64,000 nucleotides of DNA from Acidobacteriota bacterium (GCA_031271905.1 JAISUT010000067.1:32663-96662); one strand, 5' to 3'; counted from the stretch's first letter, positions 9,785 to 19,253 are shown. Notes: a model not told the origin generated them from the sequence alone. Translations and numbers: made by a program.

Positions 9785-9861
9785 CAAAACCGTCATTTTA
9801 GTACAGGTTTTGACGAAGTCAACCGCCGCCTGTCAAAACCGTCATTTTAGTACAGGTTTTG
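9785..9861. promoter_or_regulatory. Tandem 28-bp direct repeats, each internally palindromic, in the shc / nucleotidyltransferase divergent promoter region
   Basis: CAAAACCGTCATTTTAGTACAGGTTTTG occurs at 9785-9812 and 9834-9861. A third CGTCATTTTGAC lies at ~9968. Palindromic GGCGCC-rich motifs at ~9900-9930. Confidence 0.5.
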
Positions 9862-10016
9862 CAGGGCGGTTCCTGTGGTTCGACGCGGACTTGATTAATA
9901 GGGCGCCAGGAATAGGGCGCCCGCCCTTTGAAGTTATAGCCAATCGCCCCGATCCGTTGTATCATTCGTCATTTTGACGGACTCTATCTGGCGAGTTCCT
10001 TTGGGGGGCACGGTTC

Positions 10017-10835
10017 ATGGGGCGTGTGGAGAAAGCGGTCATCATGGCGCGGGGGCTGGGGACGCGGATGCGCAAGGCCGACGCCGCGGCGACGCTGGAC
10101 GCGGCGCAAAGTGCTGCCGCCGATGCCGGCGTCAAGGCGATGATCCCCATCGACCGCCCGTTTCTGGACTACGTTTTGAGCGCGCTGGCCGACGCCGGCT
10201 ACAAACGCGCCTGCCTTGTGATCGGACCGGAGCACCATGCCGTGCGCGACTATTTCGGCGTCCAGTCCCCTCCGGAGCGGATCGGCGTCGAATTCGCGAT
10301 CCAGGCCGAACCGCGCGGCACCGCCGACGCCGTCGCTGCGGCGGAACGGTTCGCGGACGGAGGGCGGTTCCTGCTGCTCAACTCGGACAACTACTATCCG
10401 GCGAGCGCCTTGGAAGCCCTCGGGAACCTGGATGGCGCGGGCGTCGCCCTTTTCGACCGCGACCGGATGGTGTCCGACGGCGGCATCCCGGAGGAGCGCA
10501 TCGGTAAATTCTCCGTCGCCGAAGTGGGGGCGGACGGTTTTCTGAAGCGCATCCATGAAAAGCCGTCGGAGGAAACCCTGCGCGCGCTGCCCGCGCCGGT
10601 GCTGGTCAACATGAACTGCTGGCTCTTCCCCCCCGTGATTTTCGAGGCGTGCCGCAACATCGAGCCTTCCCCGCGCGGGGAGCTGGAGCTGACCGCCGCC
10701 GTGCAGTACGCCATCGACGCCCTGGGGGCGCGCTTCGAGGCCGTCGCCCTGCGCGAGGCCGTGCTGGACTTGTCGGGGCGCGCCGACATAGCGAACGTGG
10801 CGGGGCGGTTGCGCGCGCTCCGTCCCCGTCCATAG
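10017..10835 (+). CDS. Nucleotidyltransferase (sugar/alcohol-phosphate NTP transferase family)
   Basis: KAVIMARGLGTRM matches the G-x-G-T-R NTP-transferase P-loop. 272 aa. Confidence 0.7.
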   Translation: MGRVEKAVIMARGLGTRMRKADAAATLDAAQSAAADAGVKAMIPIDRPFLDYVLSALADAGYKRACLVIGPEHHAVRDYFGVQSPPERIGVEFAIQAEPRGTADAVAAAERFADGGRFLLLNSDNYYPASALEALGNLDGAGVALFDRDRMVSDGGIPEERIGKFSVAEVGADGFLKRIHEKPSEETLRALPAPVLVNMNCWLFPPVIFEACRNIEPSPRGELELTAAVQYAIDALGARFEAVALREAVLDLSGRADIANVAGRLRALRPRP

Positions 10836-10864
10836 GAAACGACGAATAAGGTGAAATAGTAAAT

Positions 10865-12391
10865 TTGAATTTGGAATTAAACCGCCAAGCCCTTCGCAAA
10901 CCGGAGAAAGACATGACACTGGAATCAAGACTGACCGAACTGACCGAGAAGATCGCCGCGAACAACGTCTGGCGGCAACGCGAGTGTTTCAACCTCATAC
11001 CGTCTGAGAACACCCCGTCGCTCTTCGTGAAGCTGTGCGAGATCGGCGACCCGTCAGGTCGCTACGCCGAGCACAAGACCGCGCTCAAGAAGGAGGTCGA
11101 GTCCCTGACCGGCACCGGCGCGCTGAAAGGCGACCAGGTGTACTACTACCAGGGTGCCGACTTCATCTACCACATCGAGCTGGCGCTGAAGGAAGAGTTC
11201 GCGTCCTACATCGGCGGCACCGATGTCGAGTCCCGCGCCGTGAGCGGCCAGATGGCCAACGAGATCGTCTTCAAGGGGCTGGTGAAGTTCCTGCTCTCCA
11301 AACCGGAGGGGTTCCCGGAGCTGGGGGCGTCGCGGCGCCTGCACTGCGTGATGAACAACGACCTCAACTACGGCGGCCACCTGTCGGCGCAACCCTACGG
11401 CGCTCTCTACAACCTGGCGGAAGACCATATCGTCAATTTCCCCATCGATGCGGAGAACCCCTACAAGGCCGACATCGCCAAGATGCTGGAGCTGGTCGAG
11501 AAAAACCGTCCGGCGCTGATCGTTTTCGGTAAGAGCATGTTCCTGCACCCGGAGCCGATCAAGGCGATGCGCGACCACCTTGACACAATCCCCGGCTACA
11601 GGCCGCTGGTGATGTACGACGGGGCGCATGTGCTGGGCATCCTCGGCCCGCAGTTCCAAGACCCGCTGGCGGAAGGGGCTGTGATCGTCACCGGCTCGAC
11701 CCACAAGACCTTCTTCGGGCCGCAACGCGGCATCATCGCCGCCAAGCTGCCCAAGGACGGCCCGGAGGCCGCGCCGTATCGCAAGCTCTGGACGGAGATC
11801 GTGGCGCGCACCTTCCCCGGCTCGACCAGCAACCACCACCTGGGGACGCAACTGGCGATGCTGGCGGCGACGATGGAGATGAACGCCTTCAAGGACGAAT
11901 ACCAGTCGCAGGTGCTCGCCAACGCCCGCGCCTTCGCCAAGTCGTGCGCCGCCGCGGGCATCCCGGTCGAGGGGGGCGAGGACGAAGGCTACACCCACAC
12001 GCACCAGGTGCTGCTGCGGGTCAGCGCGTTCGGCGACGCCAAGGAGATCGCCTCGCGCCTGGAGGCCAGCAACGTCATCGTCAACTACCAGGCGTTGCCG
12101 GGCGACGCGACCTTCTACCATCCCAGCGGTCTGCGCCTGGGAGTCCAGGAAATGACGCGATTCGGCATGAAGGAACAGGATTTTGACACCCTCGCCCGTT
12201 TCATGGCGGACGTCATCCTGAAAAAGAAGGACGCCGGGAAGGAGATCGCGGAGTTCCGTAGCCGCTTCGCCACCATGAAATATTGCCTGACGCCGGAGCA
12301 GACGGCAAAAATTGCCCCGAAGCTGCTGGCGACGGTGTTTCCCGACGCCAAGCTCCCGGCAATGTTTGCGCAGGCGCTCGCCCGGGGGTGA
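10865..12391 (+). CDS. Divergent serine hydroxymethyltransferase-fold PLP enzyme (508 aa)
   Basis: NLIPSENTPS (compare SHMT LIASENFTS) and THKTFFGPQRGIIAAK (compare SHMT THKTLRGPRGG, the PLP lysine region). Longer than canonical GlyA and lacks the YYGGCEYVD motif. Alternative start at Met 10913. Confidence 0.7.
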   Translation: MNLELNRQALRKPEKDMTLESRLTELTEKIAANNVWRQRECFNLIPSENTPSLFVKLCEIGDPSGRYAEHKTALKKEVESLTGTGALKGDQVYYYQGADFIYHIELALKEEFASYIGGTDVESRAVSGQMANEIVFKGLVKFLLSKPEGFPELGASRRLHCVMNNDLNYGGHLSAQPYGALYNLAEDHIVNFPIDAENPYKADIAKMLELVEKNRPALIVFGKSMFLHPEPIKAMRDHLDTIPGYRPLVMYDGAHVLGILGPQFQDPLAEGAVIVTGSTHKTFFGPQRGIIAAKLPKDGPEAAPYRKLWTEIVARTFPGSTSNHHLGTQLAMLAATMEMNAFKDEYQSQVLANARAFAKSCAAAGIPVEGGEDEGYTHTHQVLLRVSAFGDAKEIASRLEASNVIVNYQALPGDATFYHPSGLRLGVQEMTRFGMKEQDFDTLARFMADVILKKKDAGKEIAEFRSRFATMKYCLTPEQTAKIAPKLLATVFPDAKLPAMFAQALARG

Positions 12392-12590
12392 CGGGCATGT
12401 GACGATGGGCGGGGCAGGGCGGGCGAACTGCTGGGCCGCATCGACAGGGTGCGGCGTCGGGATGCCCCGTCCCGCCTTTGCCGCTGGTTTTTGTGTCCGC
12501 CGTCACGTTTGGCACAAATCGTGCTTGTCTTTTCGTTTGACGTGAGGGTGTTCGGCGAAAGGATCGTCGGAAACCGGACGCATTGTTTGG

Positions 12591-12703
12591 GGGAACCTCT
12601 AAAAAACCCGGATAACAGCGCCAGCGCCTTGATCGAAGATGCGCATTTGCCTTAGTAGACTCCGCTTTTCGATCTGCGTCTGCGAGCTTTTTAGAGGTTC
12701 CCT
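12591..12703. mobile_element. MITE-like repeat copy A (terminal inverted repeats GGGAACCTCTAAAAA / TTTTTAGAGGTTCCC)
   Basis: 113 bp with 15-bp perfect terminal inverted repeats. Homologous to copies at 25090, 32764 and 58042. Confidence 0.75.
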
Positions 12704-12707
12704 TTAA

Positions 12708-13013
12708 TTGGAGAAGAAAAGCATGAAACTGGATTTGTCGCAGGTGTCGCAGGCGCGGGTCGAGACTGGCAGGACGAAGGCGACGCCACCCAGCAAGCGC
12801 CCGACGGCGGTCTCGCAACGTTTCACCGCCCAAGAGGCGGACAAGGCAACCCTGTCCGCCTCGATGCTCGGTCCGGGGGGGACTTACTCCATATCCTCCC
12901 TGAAAGCCGCCGCCGCATACCAGGCGAAATACTACGACGTCGCCGAGAGCAACGTCACTGCGGCGCAGAGCGCCCCCCGCATCCCCGACACCCTGAGGCG
13001 GCAATTCGCCTAA
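12708..13013 (+). CDS. Small hypothetical protein bracketed by MITE ends
   Basis: 101-aa ORF (likely start MKLDLS with GGAGAAG ribosome-binding site). Begins right after MITE copy A. Its TAA stop directly abuts a solo MITE terminal repeat. Confidence 0.25.
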   Translation: MEKKSMKLDLSQVSQARVETGRTKATPPSKRPTAVSQRFTAQEADKATLSASMLGPGGTYSISSLKAAAAYQAKYYDVAESNVTAAQSAPRIPDTLRRQFA

Positions 13014-13033
13014 GGGAACCTCTGGAAAACCCC
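13014..13033. repeat. Solo MITE terminal repeat (GGGAACCTCTGGAAAACCCC)
   Basis: Matches the left end of the MITE family. Directly follows the TAA at 13011-13013. Confidence 0.4.
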
Positions 13034-13058
13034 CGCCGCCGCGCCCGCCCCTTGTCCG

Positions 13059-13604
13059 TCACGCCAACCGCGTGCCGCTGGGGAAGATGGAACGGCACTG
13101 GATGCCCCAGGCGCCGTCTTGGCAGGTCACGATCCAGAGGGCTTGGTAGGTGGCGTAACGCGAGTCGTTCGCCTGGTGCATGCTGAGTTGCAGCTCGAAA
13201 TGGACTTTTTCCTCGCAGAAGTGGCGCATGGTGCAGGAGTCGAGCGTGCTGTAGGTCCACCCCTCGTCGGCCATCGCTTGGAAGTCGATCTCAAAGTCAG
13301 CCGCCGACTCCAAGATCGAGACATCGTTGCCCGTGATCTGGATGTGGGGATAGTGCAGGTTGCGGCGACAGCGTTCGGGGTCGCGGGCGTTGACCGCCGC
13401 GAAGAAGTCGTCAATCGGTTTGCGCGCCTCCTCCTCGATCTCGGATTCCTTCATCCCCGCCGCGCTGATGTAGCCCATCAAGAGGGATAGCCCGCCCAGC
13501 ACCCCCAGCGACACTTTGGCGGCTTTGCCCCAGCCCTTCTTCTGCTGCGCGCCCCCCCCTTTTTCCCCCGGTCCCACTTTCCTCGCACCGACTTCTTCGA
13601 CCAT
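13059..13604 (-). CDS. Hypothetical membrane-anchored protein (NTF2-like C-terminal region?)
   Basis: 181 aa. N-terminal Gly/Lys-rich stretch then a TM helix (VSLGVLGGLSLLMGYISAAG). No recognisable catalytic motif. Confidence 0.4.
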   Translation of the reverse strand: MVEEVGARKVGPGEKGGGAQQKKGWGKAAKVSLGVLGGLSLLMGYISAAGMKESEIEEEARKPIDDFFAAVNARDPERCRRNLHYPHIQITGNDVSILESAADFEIDFQAMADEGWTYSTLDSCTMRHFCEEKVHFELQLSMHQANDSRYATYQALWIVTCQDGAWGIQCRSIFPSGTRLA

Positions 13605-13656
13605 GCCGCACTTCCTTCGATCAACCGCCCCGCCTGCGACGCGCCGTCAACCCCGG

Positions 13657-14034
13657 TCACGCTTGCAGGTATTCCTCGTATTTCTCCACGCCGAACAGCT
13701 CTTTCAACTCCTCGGGCCGCTCGATGCGAACTTTGATGATCCAGCCGTCTTGGTAGGGGGATTGGTTGAGCAGCCCCGGCTGCCCCGGCAAGAGGGGGTT
13801 GACCGCCGTCACCTCGCCAGTGACCGGGCTGAAGATCTCCGTGACCGCTTTGCCCGATTCCACCGAGCCGTAAGGCTCGCCGGCCTCGACGGCGTCCTCG
13901 ACCTCCGGGAGGTCGAGGCGCTCAATGGCGCCCATCTCCCCTTGGGCGTAGTCGGTCATGCCGACGGTGCCGATGTCGCCCTCGACCAGTATCCATCCGT
14001 GGTCTTTGCTGTAAAGATATTCCGTTGGATTCAT
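13657..14034 (-). CDS. gcvH: Glycine cleavage system H protein
   Basis: MNPTEYLYSKDHGWILVEG...VGMTDYAQGEMG...PEVEDAVEAGEPYGSVESGKAV..SPVTGEV are canonical GcvH motifs including the lipoyl-lysine region. Start taken at the internal Met. Confidence 0.85.
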   Translation of the reverse strand: MNPTEYLYSKDHGWILVEGDIGTVGMTDYAQGEMGAIERLDLPEVEDAVEAGEPYGSVESGKAVTEIFSPVTGEVTAVNPLLPGQPGLLNQSPYQDGWIIKVRIERPEELKELFGVEKYEEYLQA

Positions 14035-14580
14035 GCCGCACCCCTTTGCCAATTCGCCATGCAGACCCATGGATTATACTGCGCGGCGCGGTGATTTTCG
14101 CGATATTTTTGCGGGAGATCGCTACGGGACAGCTCCAATTGCACTATGGCGCCGGCGGCGCTGGTCTGGCCCCCGGCGATCCTGTGGGCGTTGGGGCATG
14201 CCGAGTGATAAACCATCGGCGCAGATGAAGACGACAAGGAACTTGGTCTCGGCAGGGTTCGCTTCTTTTTTGACCCATGGCCGACCAACGGCTCCTCTCT
14301 CCCAACGGCCTTGCCATGGGCTCATTGGAACCGGTTGGTACGATGCGATTAGTATCTTGGGTCATATGGATTGACTACCTCCGTTGGAATTGTTTATGCT
14401 CGGTAATTCCAACTGGTTGCCGATGCAATCGTTTGGAGTGCTTTGCGAATCGGCGCGGGGAACAGTCGCGGGGAAGGGGGCGTCGTGCCCGGACAAGATG
14501 GAACCTTTCGCGGCGGCGACCGTAATATATAACTTTAAGTGTTGTTTTAAAACTGTTTTGACAAGTCAGGGGCGTTTCCA

Positions 14581-15804
14581 ATGGTTCGGTGCAACCCGCA
14601 CTACGGCAAGCTGCAATCGTCTTATCTGTTCTCCGACATCGCCAAGCGGATTGCGAAGTTCCAGGAGGCGAACCCGGGCAAAGACCTCATCCGGCTCGGC
14701 ATCGGCGACGTGACCCTGCCCCTGCCCCCCGCTTGCGTCGCCGCCTTCCATGCGGCGGTCGATGAGATGGCGACCGAAGAGGGGTTCCGCGGCTATGGGC
14801 CGGAGCAGGGGTACGACTTCTTACGCGAGGCGATCGCCGAGAACGACTTCCGGGCGCGCGGCGCCGAGGTCGCCCCCGACGAGGTCTTCGTCAGCGACGG
14901 CGCCAAGTGCGACACGGGCAACTTCCAAGAGCTCGTCGCCACCGACGCGGTGATCGCCGTCCCCGACCCGGTCTATCCGGTCTATGTGGACACCAACGTC
15001 ATGGCGGGCCGCACCGGCGCGTTCAAGGACGGGCGCTACGAGGGGTTGGTCTATTTGCAATCCGTCCGGGGGAACGATTACGTTCCGGCGATCCCCGACC
15101 GGCACGTGGACGTGGTCTACCTTTGCTTCCCGAACAACCCCACGGGGGCGACGGCGACGCGGGCGCAACTCGCCGCATGGGTCGCCTATGCGCGGGAGCA
15201 CAAGGCGCTGCTCCTCTTCGACGCCGCCTATGAGGCGTTCATCCGCGACCCGGAGCTTCCCCACTCGATCTACGAGATCGAAGGGGCGCGAGAAGTCGCG
15301 GTCGAGTTCCGCAGCTTCTCCAAGACCGCCGGCTTCACGGGTACGCGTTGCGCCTTCACCGTGGTTCCCAAGGATTGCATGGCGTACGACGCCGACGGGA
15401 GGCCCCAACCGTTGCACTCGCTCTGGAACCGCCGGCACACGACCAAGTTCAACGGAGTCTCCTATCCGGTGCAACGCGCCGCCGCCGCGATCTACACCGG
15501 CGAGGGTAGGGGGCAGGTCCGCGGGCTGACCGACTATTATCTGAAAAACGCCCGGAAGATCCGCTCCGTCATCTCGGGGCTGGGCTTCCATTGCGTGGGC
15601 GGCGACAACTCCCCGTACATATGGATACAGGTGGACGGCGACTCGTGGGCTTTCTTCGACCGCCTGTTGAACGAGGCCGCAGTGGTCTGCACGCCTGGGA
15701 GCGGCTTCGGCGCCTGCGGTGAGGGGTATGTCCGCATCAGCGCCTTCAACCAGTACGAGAGGGTGGAGGAGGCGATGGGGCGGTTGCAGGCCTTGTTGCA
15801 GTAG
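14581..15804 (+). CDS. dapL: LL-diaminopimelate aminotransferase
   Basis: NPHYGKLQSSYLFSDIAKRIAKFQEANPGKDLIRLGIGD matches the DapL N-terminus. Class-I aminotransferase fold with SFSKTAGFTG PLP-lysine region. 407 aa. Confidence 0.85.
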   Translation: MVRCNPHYGKLQSSYLFSDIAKRIAKFQEANPGKDLIRLGIGDVTLPLPPACVAAFHAAVDEMATEEGFRGYGPEQGYDFLREAIAENDFRARGAEVAPDEVFVSDGAKCDTGNFQELVATDAVIAVPDPVYPVYVDTNVMAGRTGAFKDGRYEGLVYLQSVRGNDYVPAIPDRHVDVVYLCFPNNPTGATATRAQLAAWVAYAREHKALLLFDAAYEAFIRDPELPHSIYEIEGAREVAVEFRSFSKTAGFTGTRCAFTVVPKDCMAYDADGRPQPLHSLWNRRHTTKFNGVSYPVQRAAAAIYTGEGRGQVRGLTDYYLKNARKIRSVISGLGFHCVGGDNSPYIWIQVDGDSWAFFDRLLNEAAVVCTPGSGFGACGEGYVRISAFNQYERVEEAMGRLQALLQ

Positions 15805-15880
15805 GTCCCCAGTCGTTGCGTCTGTCGCGATGAATAAATACCGAAGGTGTTTTCGGTTACATGGAGGTGGCACGAAGCCG

Positions 15881-16780
15881 ATGACGGAACCCATAACGAT
15901 GAAGATGATGAAGATATTGCGCTCCGGGGTGAAAAATGCGCGCCGCTTTCTGAAGAAGGCGTTCTCTTCCGTCACCATCATGGTGATTCCGCACGATCAT
16001 GTCCGGACGCTGAACCTCAAGCTCCCCGTCGCGCTCCTGGTCTCGACGATCCTGCTTGCCGTCGTCGGAGGCGCCTACCTGGTCAACCTGACCGTCACCG
16101 GCATCCGCTACCGCGCCCAGCACCGGGCGATGGAAGCCAAGGTCGATTACTATTCCGACCAGTTCTCCAAATGGAACGCCACCGTGCAGTCGTTGCAACT
16201 GGCGGGTCAGGAATTCCGCCAATTGTTCTCGCTCGGCTCCAAGGAGGAGGTGCTGGAGGAGGTCGATGTCGATTTCGCCGGTTCGCTGGAACTCCCCGAC
16301 CTGATCAACGATCTGGAGAAGACCCGGCAGAACGTGGACGTGATCAAAGACTACCTGCGTGTGCAGAAGGACATTTTCGTGGCGACCCCCAGGGGCTACC
16401 CTGTCCCGGGGCGGCTGACTTCGTCCTATGGCAGGCGGCGGGACCCCTTGGACGGGGGCGTCCGCTTCCATTCCGGCGTAGACCTCGCCTGCGACAAGGG
16501 GACGCCCATCCGCGCGACGGCCGACGGCATCGTCAGCCATTCCGGCAATACGGTCGTCAGCGGGCAGGTGGTGGTGCTGGAACACGGCTTTGGTTTCTCC
16601 ACCATCTACGCGCACAACAGCAAGAACACGGTCAAGGTGGGGCAGCGGGTGCGCAAGGGGGACATCATCGGCTATGTCGGCTCGACTGGCAGGTCTACCG
16701 GGCCGCACCTGCACTATGAGATCTGGAAGGACGGCAAGCGGGTGAATCCCCACGACTACCTTTCCGACAAAAAGGGCTAA
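15881..16780 (+). CDS. M23 family metallopeptidase with N-terminal TM helix and coiled coil
   Basis: C-terminal HSGVDLA...GTPIRATADGIV...VLEHGFGFSTIYAHN...GSTGRSTGPHLHYEI is the M23 (LytM) signature HxxxD / HxH. GGAGGTGG ribosome-binding site before the ATG at 15881. Confidence 0.8.
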   Translation: MTEPITMKMMKILRSGVKNARRFLKKAFSSVTIMVIPHDHVRTLNLKLPVALLVSTILLAVVGGAYLVNLTVTGIRYRAQHRAMEAKVDYYSDQFSKWNATVQSLQLAGQEFRQLFSLGSKEEVLEEVDVDFAGSLELPDLINDLEKTRQNVDVIKDYLRVQKDIFVATPRGYPVPGRLTSSYGRRRDPLDGGVRFHSGVDLACDKGTPIRATADGIVSHSGNTVVSGQVVVLEHGFGFSTIYAHNSKNTVKVGQRVRKGDIIGYVGSTGRSTGPHLHYEIWKDGKRVNPHDYLSDKKG

Positions 16781-16785
16781 GGCGC

Positions 16786-16807
16786 CTGTCGTGATTTGTC
16801 GTATAAT
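16786..16807 (+). promoter_or_regulatory. Promoter-like motif CTGTCGTGATTTGTCGTATAAT upstream of bactofilin
   Basis: Same GTGATTTG-N3-TATAAT module as at 47862. Lies 90 nt upstream of the bactofilin ATG. Confidence 0.4.
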
Positions 16808-16896
16808 GCGGCGGGGCTTTACGGATGCCCGCCGACCCGCCGCATGGGAAGTGGCGCGCCCCGGCGGGTGGAACGCCGTCGCCCCGCCTTGCGACT

Positions 16897-17262
16897 ATGG
16901 ACAAACTCAAATCGTTTCTCGGCAACCCTTCGGAACTGCGCGGTGACTTGGTCTCGGGGGGCATCCTGCGCCTGGACGGCGTGGTCGTCGGCAACATCCG
17001 CGCCGACGAGGTGATCCTGAGCGAGACGGCTTCGATACAGGGGGAGGTCGCCGCCAACAAGATCATCGTCGGCGGAAGGATGGACGGTACGCTCCGGGCC
17101 GCGGACGTCGTGGAGATCCGCGCCAAGGGGCGGGTGGACGGCACCATCGTGACCAAGCGCATCGTGCTGGCAAGCGGCGGGGAGTTCAGCGGCCGCATCG
17201 AGATGGGCAAGCAAGCGTCTGGGCCGCCCAGCGGCGAACCGCTGGCGAACGACCGGAATTGA
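16897..17262 (+). CDS. Bactofilin (polymer-forming cytoskeletal protein)
   Basis: Repetitive beta-helical pattern GDLVSGGILRLDGVVVGNIRADEVILSETASIQGEVAANKIIVGGRMDGTLRAADVVEIRAKGRVDGTIV is typical of DUF583 / bactofilin (CcmA/BacM-like). Confidence 0.8.
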   Translation: MDKLKSFLGNPSELRGDLVSGGILRLDGVVVGNIRADEVILSETASIQGEVAANKIIVGGRMDGTLRAADVVEIRAKGRVDGTIVTKRIVLASGGEFSGRIEMGKQASGPPSGEPLANDRN

Positions 17263-17270
17263 AGGCTGCG

Positions 17271-17960
17271 ATGGCGCACGACAACCCGATTTCACGCAGG
17301 GCGTTGTTCCGCAAGAGCCTCGGGCTCGGGATGACGCCGGAGAAAGATGCGTCTGAAAACGTCGAGACGCCCGTTTCTCAGGGGTGTCCGGCCACGCCGC
17401 CGGATCCGGAAGGAACCGTCGTTGCGGCGGAGGCGGCGTCCCCGGAGAAGATACGGGAGCGCATCGCCGCCGAGCCCGCCTACCGCCTGCTCCTGCCGCG
17501 CCTCCTGGCGTTTTGCTCCGAACCGCGCACCGCCGGCGACGTCCGGGAGGCGTTGCTCGGCCGCCCCGAGATGCGCACCGCCATCCACGCGCCGGAGACG
17601 TTGCTGTCTTGGATGGTCGAGGTCGGCGCCATCGCCGGACGCAAGGAAGAAGGACGCGCCGAGACGCTGTGGGAGACGACGGAGGAGGGGCTGGAGGCGG
17701 TGGCGGGCTACGACCCGGCGGAGCGGTTGCGGCGGCTCTTGGATGAAGAGCCCGCGTATCGCGACATCTACCGACGGGTCTTGGAATTCTGCGCCGAGGG
17801 TCGCGCCCTCCCCGAAATCGAGGCGTTGCTTCGGGCGCACCCCGCGCTGGAGAACCCCAAAGTCTACCCCGCCTACCTGGTGGATCGGCTGGAATTCGCC
17901 GGGGCGCTGGAATGGACTGGCGACAAGTGGCAGACGACCGCTACCGGCAAGCCTGTGTGA
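17271..17960 (+). CDS. Hypothetical protein with two internal EPAYR-containing repeats
   Basis: ATG 9 nt after the bactofilin stop. Two ~90-aa repeats (AAEPAYRLLLPRLLAFCSEPR... / EEPAYRDIYRRVLEFCAEGR...). No known domain recognised. Confidence 0.45.
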   Translation: MAHDNPISRRALFRKSLGLGMTPEKDASENVETPVSQGCPATPPDPEGTVVAAEAASPEKIRERIAAEPAYRLLLPRLLAFCSEPRTAGDVREALLGRPEMRTAIHAPETLLSWMVEVGAIAGRKEEGRAETLWETTEEGLEAVAGYDPAERLRRLLDEEPAYRDIYRRVLEFCAEGRALPEIEALLRAHPALENPKVYPAYLVDRLEFAGALEWTGDKWQTTATGKPV

Positions 17961-17978
17961 TCCGCAGAAATAAGAAAT

Positions 17979-19253
17979 ATGATCTACTTAAGCCGCGGCT
18001 CTGTTGACGACTCCTTTTCGCCGGACGACGTGCGCGCCGCCCTCCAAGACGCGCTCGCCCGCTTGGGCGCACGCAAGCGCGTCTTGGCGCTCCCCCCCGA
18101 CTTCACGCGCCTGCATTCGCAGGCGGGGATGTTGACCGAGATGGCGTGGGGGTATTACGGCGAGCGGCTGACGGACGTGCTGCCTGCGCTTGGGACGCAC
18201 CTGCCGATGACGCCCCGGGAGATCGGCGCGATGTTCGGCAGGGTGCCGCAAAGGCTGTTCCGGGCGCACGACTGGCGCGGCGGTTGCGTCACACTCGGCG
18301 AAGTCCCGGCGTCGTTCGTGCGCGAGGTCTCCGAAGGGAAGGTCGATTACGCCATCCCCGTGGTGCTCGACCGGCTGCTCGCGGAGGGCGGTCACGATCT
18401 GATCCTCTCCATAGGGCAGGTCGTGCCTCACGAGGTCATAGGCATGGCGGGCTACAACAAGAACATATTCGTCGGCACGGGCGGCGGCGACGGGATAGAC
18501 AAGACGCACTTCCTCGGCGCGGTCTACGGCATGGAGCGGATGATGGGGCGCGCGGACACCCCCGTGCGGCGGGTGATGGACTACGCCTCGGAGCGCTTCA
18601 TCGGCCACCTGCCCATCGTCTACGTGTTGACCGTCGTCGGGAAGGACGGCGCGGGCCGCCTCGCCATCCGGGGGCTTTTCATCGGCGACGACCGCGAGTG
18701 CTTCCACCGCGCGGCGGCGCTGGCGCGCGCGGTCAACTTCCAGTTGCTTGACCGTCCCGTGCGCAAAGCCGTGGTCTGGCTCGACCCGGGCGAGTTCAAA
18801 AGCACCTGGCTCGGCAACAAGGCGATCTACCGGACGCGCATGGCGCTCGCGGACGGTGGAGAGCTGACCATCCTCGCGCCGGGGGTCGCCCGCTTCGGCG
18901 AGGACGGGGGCATCGACCGCCTGATCCGCAAATACGGCTACGTCGGGACGGAGCGCGTCTTGAAGCTGGCGCGGGAACAGGACGACCTGCGCGCCAGCCT
19001 GGGGACGGCGGCGCACCTCATCCACGGTTCCTCGGAGGGGCGGTTCACGGTCACCTACTGCCCCGGCGGGCTTTCGCGGGAAGAGGTCGAGGGCGCGGGC
19101 TTCCGCTACGGGGACTTGGCCGCCATGACGAAGCGCTACGACCCGGAAAAGCTGACGGACGGCTACAATCAGATGCCCGACGGCGAGGAGGTGTTTTTCG
19201 TCTCCAACCCCGCGCTCGGGCTGTGGGCGAGCCGCGACAGGTTCAAGGAGTGA
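17979..19253 (+). CDS. Conserved hypothetical protein, tentatively LarA-like (lactate racemase / DUF2088 family)
   Basis: 424 aa soluble protein. Size and Gly-rich segments (IFVGTGGGDGIDKTH) are reminiscent of the LarA family. Assignment is tentative. Confidence 0.45.
   Translation: MIYLSRGSVDDSFSPDDVRAALQDALARLGARKRVLALPPDFTRLHSQAGMLTEMAWGYYGERLTDVLPALGTHLPMTPREIGAMFGRVPQRLFRAHDWRGGCVTLGEVPASFVREVSEGKVDYAIPVVLDRLLAEGGHDLILSIGQVVPHEVIGMAGYNKNIFVGTGGGDGIDKTHFLGAVYGMERMMGRADTPVRRVMDYASERFIGHLPIVYVLTVVGKDGAGRLAIRGLFIGDDRECFHRAAALARAVNFQLLDRPVRKAVVWLDPGEFKSTWLGNKAIYRTRMALADGGELTILAPGVARFGEDGGIDRLIRKYGYVGTERVLKLAREQDDLRASLGTAAHLIHGSSEGRFTVTYCPGGLSREEVEGAGFRYGDLAAMTKRYDPEKLTDGYNQMPDGEEVFFVSNPALGLWASRDRFKE

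Noticed and set aside
14035-14340. Possible glycine riboswitch in the gcvH 5' leader
   Set aside because: Read the minus-strand leader and looked for the conserved GGAGAG / ACCGAAGG(A)GCAA aptamer cores. Only a loose GGGAGAGAGGAG is present and there is no CCGAAGG element, so it is not called.
17271-17340. Twin-arginine (Tat) signal on the EPAYR-repeat protein (ISRRALFRKS)
   Set aside because: An RR motif is present, but it is followed by a polar, charged segment rather than a hydrophobic h-region, so it is not a signal peptide.
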